From Candidatus Levyibacteriota bacterium (GTDB lineage Bacteria > Patescibacteriota > Microgenomatia > Levybacterales > UBA12049): 64,000 bases of DNA. The position numbers and the translations under genes were made by a program. The DNA lies in assembly GCA_029260965.1 (NCBI GenBank), contig JAJDCG010000001.1, forward strand, positions 312,012-376,011, read 5' to 3'. Below are positions 1-8,555 of the stretch, one piece after another. A model generated the notes under the pieces. That model saw only the letters and a program-made list of their open reading frames with translations. It did not search any database and was not told where the DNA came from. How positions within the stretch are numbered: position 1 is the stretch's first letter; every line of letters starts with the position of its first letter.

Positions 1-99
1 GATGTATTGTTGTTTCTTTGCCTGCACTTTGCGCAAGAGTCTTTGCTGGGTCTAATGAGTCGTAGTCAACGCCTGATTCCTGATAGCTTATTTTTTTAT

Positions 100-1071
100 T
101 CATATCGTGATTTTATTTATGTTTTCTATTATACGTTTTTCAATAGGATAATCAAACTCCTCAAAAGTATTCCCAGTTATTTTTTCATAAACTTCAACAT
201 AACGCTGTGCTGTTTGGATTATCAAATCCTCCGACATTTCAGGAGGAGGCCCATCTCCCTGATACCCTTTGTCAGCATACCAAAGACGTAAGAACTCTTT
301 ATCAAAATTCTCTGGCTCCTGGCCTTTGATTATTCTCTCTTTGTATGTATCAGCAATCCAGAATCGTGATGAGTCAGGAGTATAGATTTCATCAATCAAC
401 ATCAATTTTCCATCAAATAATCCAAATTCATATTTTGTATCAACCAAAATAATTCCGTGCTCAGCACACCACCTGCTGCCAAATTCAAACAAATCGAGGG
501 AAACTTTTTCCATTTGTTCATAGAGTTTTTTATTGACAATTTTTTGATTGATAATCTCTTCTCGTGTTAATCTCTCATCATGAACATCGGATCCTGCAGC
601 TGGATGAGTGGTGGGTGTGATGATTGGCTGTTTTAGTCTTTGATTTTTTTTCATACCATCAGGAAATCTAATTCCATAGATATTTCGTTCTCCGTTTTGA
701 TAGGAATACCATACAGATGTTTTGGTAACTCCTGATAGATAGCCTCTTACAACCATCTCAACGGGAATAGGCTTACAATTTCTGGAAATAAGAACATTTG
801 GGTCGGGGACTGAGAGCATATGGTTATCAACTATATTTTTTGTCTTTTCAAACCAAAATGCTGCTAGCTGATTAAGAACTGCGCCCTTGAAGGGAATGTT
901 TCCCAAAATTACATCAAAAGCTGACTGTCTATCTGTTGTTACGGTTATTCTCGTATTATTTTTAATATAAAAATCACGCACCTTGCCCGAGTATTTTTTT
1001 CCAAGATTTGGAAGATCGATAGATTCTAAAGCACGAGGAATTGTATTTAATATTGTTTTTTCATCAATCAT
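100..1071 (-). CDS. purC: Phosphoribosylaminoimidazole-succinocarboxamide (SAICAR) synthase, long (~320 aa) form
   Basis: 323-aa ORF with the SAICAR-synthetase fold (long eukaryote/yeast-like form rather than the ~237-aa bacterial form). Last gene of the overlap-coupled pur operon; 4-nt overlap with purE. Confidence 0.8.
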   Translation of the reverse strand: MIDEKTILNTIPRALESIDLPNLGKKYSGKVRDFYIKNNTRITVTTDRQSAFDVILGNIPFKGAVLNQLAAFWFEKTKNIVDNHMLSVPDPNVLISRNCKPIPVEMVVRGYLSGVTKTSVWYSYQNGERNIYGIRFPDGMKKNQRLKQPIITPTTHPAAGSDVHDERLTREEIINQKIVNKKLYEQMEKVSLDLFEFGSRWCAEHGIILVDTKYEFGLFDGKLMLIDEIYTPDSSRFWIADTYKERIIKGQEPENFDKEFLRLWYADKGYQGDGPPPEMSEDLIIQTAQRYVEVYEKITGNTFEEFDYPIEKRIIENINKITI

Positions 1072-1601
1072 TTATTTTTATCAAGATAATCTTTAACACC
1101 TAGTCTATCAAGCATATCTACCTTTTCCATTACCATATCTTCAAGATCTATTTGATATTTTTCCAATTTTTTCTGAATTTCTTTATTAGTAGCGCCGATT
1201 ATTCGGGCTGCCAGGAGTCCTGCGTTTTTAGCGCCATTTATCGCAACTGTTGCAACAGGTATGCCTGATGGCATCTGGACAATTGATAGAAGTGAGTCAA
1301 GTCCATCAAGGGACTTTGTTTTGACAGGGACACCGATAACTGGAAGAGTTGTGTGAGAGGCAACCATACCTGGAAGATGAGCTGATCCACCAGCTCCAGC
1401 AATTATTACCTGTAAGCCTTTGCCTGATGCTGTTTTGGCATACTCATTCATTCTGTCTGGTGTTCTGTGAGCTGAGACAATTGTTGTTTCGTTTGGTATA
1501 CCAATCTCGTCAAGAATTTTTCCTGCCTCACTCATCACAGGGAGATCACTATCCGAGCCCATTATTATGCCAATGATTGGTTGATTGTTTGAATTCTCCA
1601 T
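1068..1601 (-). CDS. purE: N5-carboxyaminoimidazole ribonucleotide mutase (class I PurE)
   Basis: PurE motifs GSDSDLPVM and [16 protein letters not shown]. Start moved to the internal ATG (MENSNN.., 1599-1601), leaving a 2-nt gap after the purK stop instead of a 46-nt overlap. Confidence 0.85.
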   Translation of the reverse strand: MENSNNQPIIGIIMGSDSDLPVMSEAGKILDEIGIPNETTIVSAHRTPDRMNEYAKTASGKGLQVIIAGAGGSAHLPGMVASHTTLPVIGVPVKTKSLDGLDSLLSIVQMPSGIPVATVAINGAKNAGLLAARIIGATNKEIQKKLEKYQIDLEDMVMEKVDMLDRLGVKDYLDKNK

Positions 1602-1603
1602 TG

Positions 1604-2743
1604 CTATACTGTTATAAGTGACCTTGCTTTTTCTGCCTTTGCTTTGCATTCATCAAGCGAATTTCCAACAACTGTGATGTGTCCCATTTTGCGTTCAATT
1701 CTTGTCTCCAGTTTACCATAAATATGGACAAAAACGCCAGGAATTTTTTCGGCTTTTTTAATTCCTTGAGGCTTTGCTTTTCCTTTTCTTTCTCCAAGTA
1801 TGTTTATCATTACCGAGGCTGGCACAATCATTTTGGTCTCTCCAAGATCCATTCCCGAAATAGCTCTGAGGTGTTGTTCAAATTGAGATGTTTTATTTGC
1901 TTCAATTGTATGGTGGCCTGAGTTGTGAACGCGTGGCGCAATTTCATTTATAAGGATTTCGTTAGCAGCAGTTAGAAACATTTCTACCCCAAATACTCCA
2001 GCTCCATCAAGTAGTTTTATTGCATCTTCTGCTATTTGTTTTGCTTTCGCCTTAGTTTTTTTATCAATGGACGCAGGAGAAAAAAGATAATTAAGAATGT
2101 TATTTTCATGAATTGTCTCAACAACAGGATATGAGTTAATTATACCAGAAGTATTTCTAGCCACCATAATAGCTAATTCTTTCTTAAACGGTACAAACTT
2201 TTCTACATATAAATTTTTGCCATGAAGTTTTCCTAGCGCGTCATCAATTTGATTTTCTGTTTTGATTAATGCATTTCCTCTCCCATCATACGCGCCAGTT
2301 CTAGCCTTTAGCAGTACAGGATATCCAAATTTTTTAATTGCCATTTTTATATCAGATTTTGTTTTTACTTCCAAAAAATCAGGAATCGGTAGATTATTTT
2401 TTTGGAGGAATTCGTTTTGTTTGAGCTTGTCTTGAATAATAGCTAGTGTTTTGGGAGATGGATGAACTGGTTTACCACCGTCCTTGATTTCTTGAAGAAT
2501 GTTTTGGAGTCCTTTCTCATTTGTTACTTCAACTTCAATTGTCAAAACATCTGTTTTGTCAGCAAGTTCCTGAATTGCTTTTTTGTTAGTAAGCTCAGCT
2601 ACTATTTGTTCATCTGCTATTTGTCCTGCAGGGGAATTGGGATCGGGGTCTAGTACTATTAGTGAGAATCCAAGCTTGTGCGCAGGGTCAACCATCATTC
2701 TGGCCAACTGCCCTCCACCAATTATTCCTACTCTAGTTGTCAT
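1604..2743 (-). CDS. purK: N5-CAIR synthetase (ATP-grasp)
   Basis: N-terminal [13 protein letters not shown] and an ATP-grasp body typical of PurK. Start chosen at [11 protein letters not shown] (ATG 2741-2743), which has an AGGAAA SD-like element; the ORF-track start at 2761 has none. Confidence 0.8.
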   Translation of the reverse strand: MTTRVGIIGGGQLARMMVDPAHKLGFSLIVLDPDPNSPAGQIADEQIVAELTNKKAIQELADKTDVLTIEVEVTNEKGLQNILQEIKDGGKPVHPSPKTLAIIQDKLKQNEFLQKNNLPIPDFLEVKTKSDIKMAIKKFGYPVLLKARTGAYDGRGNALIKTENQIDDALGKLHGKNLYVEKFVPFKKELAIMVARNTSGIINSYPVVETIHENNILNYLFSPASIDKKTKAKAKQIAEDAIKLLDGAGVFGVEMFLTAANEILINEIAPRVHNSGHHTIEANKTSQFEQHLRAISGMDLGETKMIVPASVMINILGERKGKAKPQGIKKAEKIPGVFVHIYGKLETRIERKMGHITVVGNSLDECKAKAEKARSLITV

Positions 2744-4136
2744 TTGTATTTCCTGATTCATCTATTTCTTTTATAGCTTTTTCTGTTAACTCAACAGCAA
2801 GTCCGATATAGTTTTCGGGAGTCAATTTTTTAAATTTTGTTTTTATATTTTCATCAACTGATAATCCATCAACCCACTTGCTCCAATCTTCAGGATTTAC
2901 GTTTTTTCCTCTTGTAAGAGTCGAGATAAGTGAATAAGGATCATTAACATTTTCTTTCCTTAAAAAGGTTTGAACAGCCTCTCCCAGTATCGACCAGTCT
3001 TTATTAAGCGCCCTTATTATCTCCTCAATGTTTGGTTCAATTCTTGAAAGACCAGCTAGGGTACTTTTGTATCCGATCAAAGAATTGCCAAGAAATGTTC
3101 CGATTTCCCTAAGAGTTGTGCTGTCAGATAAGTCCCTTTGCAGTCTTGAGATGGGTAGTTTGCGGACAAAAAAATCACCCAAAGAATTTGCTATTCCAAG
3201 ACGTCCTTCACTATTTTCAAAATCAATTGGATTTACCTTTTGGGGCATGGTTGACGATCCCACCTCGCCTTTTACAGTAGATTGCACAAACCAATGATCA
3301 CTGATATATCGCCACATATCCTGGTCCAGATCAATTATGATTCCATTTATTCTTTGATAGACTTGGATCATCTCGATTATATCCTCAGGTGGATTGATTT
3401 GAGTTGTAACAAGATTTGGTGTAAGCTCGAGAGATTTTATAAATTTTTCAGAAAATTCAATCCAGTCAATATTAGGATAGGTGTAGAATAAAGCATTAAA
3501 ATTTCCAACAGCTCCATTTAGTTTTCCTGTTAGCTTTAGTGATTTGAGTTTAATTGCCTCGTTGTTTAAGCGAGTTGCAAATACCGCAAATTCTTTGCCG
3601 ACAGTGGTTGGGACCGCTGCTTGTCCATGAGTTCTAGCAAGCATGGGTATAGCTTTGTATTTTTCAGCTCTTTTTACCATTTCACCGACAAGCTTATTGA
3701 GTTTTGGAAGTATTACCTTGTTGGTTGCATCAACTAGCTGCATTCTGTATGAGAGATTATTAATGTCTTCTGATGTGAGACCAAAATGAATCATTTCAAG
3801 TTGATCTTTGAGAGTTGTAGATTCAAGTTTTTTTCTCAATATTCGCTCAACTGCCTTGACATCATGACGAGTTTCTTTTTCAATATCTTTTACTTTTTCA
3901 ATATCTTCATCAGTTATTATTTCACTGCTTAAGTCCTGCAATAATTTTTCTTCTTTTTCTGTAAATTTGCGGGCAATACCTGCAATTGATAAAGCAAGAA
4001 GATATTTGGCTTCAATTTTGATGCGGTTTTTTATAAGTCCGTATTCTGATGTGATGGTTGAGAGTTCATCTACTTTTTGATTATATCTTCCATCAATTGC
4101 AGATATTGATTTTAGGGTTGATTTTTGATCTTTCAT
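2733..4136 (-). CDS. purB: Adenylosuccinate lyase
   Basis: 467-aa ORF of PurB length, with the fumarate-lyase family signature region (GSSTMPQKVNP-like) and the N-terminal IDGRYNQ motif. Confidence 0.85.
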   Translation of the reverse strand: MKDQKSTLKSISAIDGRYNQKVDELSTITSEYGLIKNRIKIEAKYLLALSIAGIARKFTEKEEKLLQDLSSEIITDEDIEKVKDIEKETRHDVKAVERILRKKLESTTLKDQLEMIHFGLTSEDINNLSYRMQLVDATNKVILPKLNKLVGEMVKRAEKYKAIPMLARTHGQAAVPTTVGKEFAVFATRLNNEAIKLKSLKLTGKLNGAVGNFNALFYTYPNIDWIEFSEKFIKSLELTPNLVTTQINPPEDIIEMIQVYQRINGIIIDLDQDMWRYISDHWFVQSTVKGEVGSSTMPQKVNPIDFENSEGRLGIANSLGDFFVRKLPISRLQRDLSDSTTLREIGTFLGNSLIGYKSTLAGLSRIEPNIEEIIRALNKDWSILGEAVQTFLRKENVNDPYSLISTLTRGKNVNPEDWSKWVDGLSVDENIKTKFKKLTPENYIGLAVELTEKAIKEIDESGNTNDN

Positions 4137-4137
4137 A

Positions 4138-5232
4138 CTAACTAATTATATCACTTAGCTTGTTTTGTTCTTGTGCTTTTTTTATTTCCATAGCAATTCT
4201 ACGCCCAACATTTACAGGTTTTCCAAAGAGATAGCCACTGTACGGCGTTGCTGTAATTCCTGGTGATCCGGGGAAACGGGGAGAGACATCTATAACAACT
4301 ATGTCTTTTTTTGGTGGACCTGGTACTATAAATGATTGAAGCGCAAACGGTCCGACAATACCAGGATTTGTTAGTTCTTTGCAGGCTTTTACAAATCTCT
4401 CACCAATTTCAAATGCTGGCTCAAGCATTGATTCAAGAACTGTTACTGCGGTATGACTTGCTTCTTCATAAGAGATTGTGATTTTTTTTAAAACTTCTTC
4501 TTGATAATTAGCTGGCAGTTTGGTTATTCCATGAAAATTTGTTTGGCGTCTGGTATCGGTTCCAAGAAGCTCAAGTCTGTCTGATATGGGTGAATAGAAA
4601 AAGTTGAAGTTAACTTGTACTCCTACGATGAATTCTTCGATCACTGCTTTTTTGATCTGTTCTTCTGTAAAAAGACCGATATACATCTTCTGTTCTATTT
4701 GCTTGAGATAATCTTCATAGCTATCAACTATAAAAAATGCTCTTTCAAATTCTCTGTCTTTCTCGAGAATCTTTACAAGACATACTCTGTCTATTTTTTT
4801 AGGGTCTTTGAATTGTTTGGGGTAGCGGATTTTGGCAACATCAAGAAGGTCGTACTGGTTTGGCTTGAAACCTCTTTCCTCAATTCTTAAAAGTTTTTTA
4901 TTTCCAAACATAGGGACTTCAAATTTATTTTCAATTGCATCATAGTCATTGATATATACCTCAAAAGATCTATTTGGGATAAAAATTGCGTTTGCGGCTT
5001 TCAATTTTTCCTGGATATCAGGATTTAGCACTTCTGAAAATTTATTTACCAAAATTACTTCATCAACACATCCGGTTTCACCCTTTGATTTATAGTACTT
5101 TGCATATGTTTTTTCTCTACCTTTCTGACAAATAATTAAATTTTTAAATCCCTCATCTTTGGCGCCGCGAGCTACTTCGAGTGCCGAATGGCTGCCAATT
5201 GCTGCAATTGTTATTGGTTTATTGCTGTTCAT
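4138..5232 (-). CDS. purP: Archaeal-type formate-dependent FAICAR synthetase (PurP family; DUF1246/DUF1297 ATP-grasp), paralog A
   Basis: N-terminal IAAIGSHSALEVARGAKDEGF and the FFYSP / GPFALQ ATP-grasp motifs resemble archaeal PurP as I recall it. 364 aa. Confidence 0.65.
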   Translation of the reverse strand: MNSNKPITIAAIGSHSALEVARGAKDEGFKNLIICQKGREKTYAKYYKSKGETGCVDEVILVNKFSEVLNPDIQEKLKAANAIFIPNRSFEVYINDYDAIENKFEVPMFGNKKLLRIEERGFKPNQYDLLDVAKIRYPKQFKDPKKIDRVCLVKILEKDREFERAFFIVDSYEDYLKQIEQKMYIGLFTEEQIKKAVIEEFIVGVQVNFNFFYSPISDRLELLGTDTRRQTNFHGITKLPANYQEEVLKKITISYEEASHTAVTVLESMLEPAFEIGERFVKACKELTNPGIVGPFALQSFIVPGPPKKDIVVIDVSPRFPGSPGITATPYSGYLFGKPVNVGRRIAMEIKKAQEQNKLSDIIS

Positions 5233-5233
5233 G

Positions 5234-6727
5234 TTAGTGCTTAAAGCTTCTGATTCCCGTAAATATCATAGCGACATCTGCTTCATTGCAGGCGTCAATT
5301 GTTTCTTGATCTCTGATAGAGCCTCCAGGTTGAATGATTGCTTTAATCCCTGCTTTTATTAATGTGTCTGGTCCGTCTCTGAAAGGAAAAAATCCATCTG
5401 TTGCTGCGACTGCTCCCTCAAGAGGCGTGAGTGCCTTACTGACACATAGCTCGCAACATCTTTTTCTGTCTTGTTGACCAACTCCTGATGCAATCAAAAC
5501 ACCATCTTTTACAGCAACAACACAATTTGATTTACTGACTTGAGATATTTTCCAAGCAAACATCAAGTCATCAATTTGTTTGCTGGTTGGTTTTTTCTTT
5601 GTCACTGTTTTTAGGTTATTTACCTCAAGCCTCATGATATCAGCATCCTGGATCAGATATCCTCCTCTGACTCTCTTTTGATCATCATACGGGACAAGAA
5701 AGGGTTTTTCAAGGTCTTTATTTTCAAGAAGTTGGAGTTTTGGTCTACTACTGAGCTCAGCTAAGGCTTCTTTTGTAAATCCTGGTGCTGCCACTATTTC
5801 AAAAAACTTTTTGTCTGCAAGCATCTGTTTTGCTAGTTTTTCATCTACAACTCTGTTGAATAAGATTACTCCTCCGAATGCCGCCAGGGGATCTCCCTCA
5901 AACCATGCTTTATGAAAAGCATCATGAATATTGTCGGCAATTGCAACGCCACATGGATTGGTGTGTTTTAAAATAACACAGGCAGGTGTTGCGCCGTTGA
6001 TTAGTGAAATTGTCATAAGTCCTGAATCAAGATCTAGATAATTATTAAATGATGTTTCCTTTCCTTGAATAACCTTGAAGTTGTTAAGTCCGAGTTTGTC
6101 TTTTCCATTATCAGAAAAGAAAAAGGCTTTTTGATGAGGGTTTTCTCCATATCTTAATTCTTTTCCGTTTTTTAAAATTTGATATTTATTTTTTGATCCG
6201 AAGAAGTTTGAGATTGAGATATCATATTCTGTAACATATGAAAATGCTTTTGCTGCTAATTTTTTTCTTTCCTCAAGTGTTGTTTGTCCTTTTGTCAGTA
6301 GTTTATAATCGTCAGGATCAACCAAGACAGATACGCTTTCATAGTTTTTGGCTGCAGCCCTTGCCATTGTTGGTCCGCCAATATCAATCATTTCAATACC
6401 AGGTTTTTCGCTGAAGGCGTAAAAATTACAGATTACGAAATCTATATGAGGGATTTTTAATTCTTCTGCTTCTTTCTGATGAGTTTTATTGCTTCTGTCA
6501 AAGAGAATTCCTGAGAGCGCCTGAAAGCTAATTGTCTTTACCCGACCACCAAAACTTTCAGGGTTTTTGGTAATTTCTTCAATTGGTGTAATCTTGATTT
6601 TATTTTTCTTGAGAAGTTCAGCTGTGCCGCCGGTTGCAATTATTTCTATATTATTTTTTATGAGGTTTTTTGCCAGATCTACAATTCCGGTTTTGTCATA
6701 AACACTAATTAGGGCGTATTTCTTCAT
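5234..6727 (-). CDS. purH: Bifunctional AICAR transformylase / IMP cyclohydrolase
   Basis: N-terminal MGS-like IMPCH domain (ALISVYDKTGIV..ATGGTA) and C-terminal AICARFT domain with the KHTNPCGVA motif. Full length at 497 aa. Confidence 0.9.
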   Translation of the reverse strand: MKKYALISVYDKTGIVDLAKNLIKNNIEIIATGGTAELLKKNKIKITPIEEITKNPESFGGRVKTISFQALSGILFDRSNKTHQKEAEELKIPHIDFVICNFYAFSEKPGIEMIDIGGPTMARAAAKNYESVSVLVDPDDYKLLTKGQTTLEERKKLAAKAFSYVTEYDISISNFFGSKNKYQILKNGKELRYGENPHQKAFFFSDNGKDKLGLNNFKVIQGKETSFNNYLDLDSGLMTISLINGATPACVILKHTNPCGVAIADNIHDAFHKAWFEGDPLAAFGGVILFNRVVDEKLAKQMLADKKFFEIVAAPGFTKEALAELSSRPKLQLLENKDLEKPFLVPYDDQKRVRGGYLIQDADIMRLEVNNLKTVTKKKPTSKQIDDLMFAWKISQVSKSNCVVAVKDGVLIASGVGQQDRKRCCELCVSKALTPLEGAVAATDGFFPFRDGPDTLIKAGIKAIIQPGGSIRDQETIDACNEADVAMIFTGIRSFKH

Positions 6728-6729
6728 AA

Positions 6730-7746
6730 TTATCCAAGGATTAGGGGCAGCTTGTTTTTTTCAATTGCAATTTTTATCTCCCTTGCGATCCTCCTTCCTG
6801 TGCTCATTGGTTCGTTATAGTAGAGCCATGAATATGGAGAGCCGTTGGTAAAGATGTTTGTGCCAGCGACAATCCTGCAGGAAATTTCAAGAACGTAAAA
6901 TTTGGCATCAGGGGTGATTATGGTTTCAAGACAAAAAGGTCCAAAAATTCCTTTTTTATCTATTAATTTTCTGGATGCTTCAATTGTTTTTCTGCCCATA
7001 TCATATGCTTCAGGCAGCATACTCTCACGTAACACAAGATCACTGTTTCCAACAACAACATAACTTGGTTCAATGTCTAGCCCTTCCTGTCCAAGAAGTG
7101 GAATTCTTCCTATCCCATCAGCATTTGTTTCATATCTTCTGTCCATGCTCATAATCTCCAATTTGTCAGTAAGAGGAGAGTAGAAATAATGTATGTAAAG
7201 AGGTACACCAATCACGTATTCTTGAATTATGAATTTTTTATTACCAAAAGCAATGATTTTTTTTTCAAAATCAGTTTTGTTTTTTGCGTAAAAATATCCT
7301 TTTCCACCAGCTGCACCATAAGATTTCACAATAATTGGATAAGTGACCGGTTCGTGTTCGAAATCATACTGTTTAGGAACATTAATTCCTGCTTTGCTGA
7401 GCCACTCTCTTTGTTGTCTCCTGTCTTCTTCCCAGTCAAGAACACTCTTATTGCCATAATATGGCAATTTCATGTTTTTGTTCTTTTCTGTTCCAAGATG
7501 AGCTACAAATGAACCATGAGGTATGATAATGACGTTTTTTTCTTTTAGTTTATCCTCGATTGAGGGAAAGTCTGAAAATGAAGCAAGAGTTATGAATTCA
7601 TCAATAAAGGGAAATGATTTGTAGAATTCCTCTCGTTCTTTTGTGGTGATTATGAGAGTTTTAAAGCCTTCGTCTTTGGCGCCTTTTAATATCTGAAGCG
7701 ATGAATGACTTCCTAGTGTCGCAATTGTGTGTTTATTATTTTTCAT
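6730..7746 (-). CDS. purP: Archaeal-type FAICAR synthetase (PurP family), paralog B
   Basis: IATLGSHSSLQILKGAKDEGF, IIPHGSF, HYFYSP, GPFCLE and LSTGRRIAREIK motifs closely follow PurP. 338 aa. Confidence 0.7.
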   Translation of the reverse strand: MKNNKHTIATLGSHSSLQILKGAKDEGFKTLIITTKEREEFYKSFPFIDEFITLASFSDFPSIEDKLKEKNVIIIPHGSFVAHLGTEKNKNMKLPYYGNKSVLDWEEDRRQQREWLSKAGINVPKQYDFEHEPVTYPIIVKSYGAAGGKGYFYAKNKTDFEKKIIAFGNKKFIIQEYVIGVPLYIHYFYSPLTDKLEIMSMDRRYETNADGIGRIPLLGQEGLDIEPSYVVVGNSDLVLRESMLPEAYDMGRKTIEASRKLIDKKGIFGPFCLETIITPDAKFYVLEISCRIVAGTNIFTNGSPYSWLYYNEPMSTGRRIAREIKIAIEKNKLPLILG

Positions 7747-7749
7747 AGT

Positions 7750-8553
7750 TTATTTATTAAAATATTGTACAGCATTTTTGAATATAGATAAACCCGGTCC
7801 TTCAGATGATGTTTTTTTGCCTGTTCTTTTGTGCTCTTCTTTTTTAATTTGCCAGTTGGGGAGTTGGGTAAAAAACATGCCCCGTTCAGGGTGTGGCATG
7901 AGACCCAGTATTTTTCCTGATCCATCAATGATGCCTGCTATATCAAGCGCTGATCCGTTGGGATTGTAGGGAAGATCAAGATATTTACTCATTTCGCCAG
8001 CCTCATATTTTAGTGCAATTTGTTTGTTCGTTTCAAGTTTTTTGAGATCATTTGCTTTTGCAAAAAACTTTCCTTCTCCATGCGCAATTGGCAAAGATAG
8101 TTTTTCTATTCCATCAAGCCAGGGAGTTTTGGTGGTTACTTTTAGATCAGTCCAGCGACATATGAATCTCGCGCTTTCATTATTTAAAAGCGCCAAATCT
8201 CTTTGACCATAGTTATTTTCAAATGCTGGAAAAAGTCCAGTATTGGCAATAATTTGACAACCATTACAAATTCCGATTACTAATTTATCTTTTTCTATAA
8301 ATTTCAATAACTTTTCCCAGAGATGATTTTTAATCTTGTTTGCGTATGCGATACCAGCTCCTGTATCATCGCCATATGAAAATCCTCCGGGAAAAGAAAG
8401 AATCTGGTAGTCATCGAGTTTGTAAAGTCCATCAATTATGTCATTGATGTGGATTATCTCTGATTCAGCACCAGCCAGTGTAAAGCCATATGCTGTTTCT
8501 GCTTCCGAGTTTAGTCCGTATCCTGAGAAAATTAGCACTCTTGGTTTTTTCAT
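7750..8553 (-). CDS. purQ: FGAM synthase glutaminase subunit
   Basis: Class-I glutamine amidotransferase: GICNGCQ nucleophile elbow and HPER near the C-terminus, which are PurQ hallmarks. Confidence 0.85.
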   Translation of the reverse strand: MKKPRVLIFSGYGLNSEAETAYGFTLAGAESEIIHINDIIDGLYKLDDYQILSFPGGFSYGDDTGAGIAYANKIKNHLWEKLLKFIEKDKLVIGICNGCQIIANTGLFPAFENNYGQRDLALLNNESARFICRWTDLKVTTKTPWLDGIEKLSLPIAHGEGKFFAKANDLKKLETNKQIALKYEAGEMSKYLDLPYNPNGSALDIAGIIDGSGKILGLMPHPERGMFFTQLPNWQIKKEEHKRTGKKTSSEGPGLSIFKNAVQYFNK

Positions 8554-8555
8554 AT

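Noticed and set aside
1-99. Intrinsic terminator after purC
   Set aside because: There is only an 8-bp palindrome (TTGCGCAA) with no loop or U-tract, so it is not convincing. The operon's terminator is not resolved in this window.
7-291. 94-aa plus-strand ORF at the window start
   Set aside because: It lies entirely antisense within the 3' end of purC and the downstream region, with a low-complexity F/Y/I-rich translation typical of AT-rich antisense frames and no SD.
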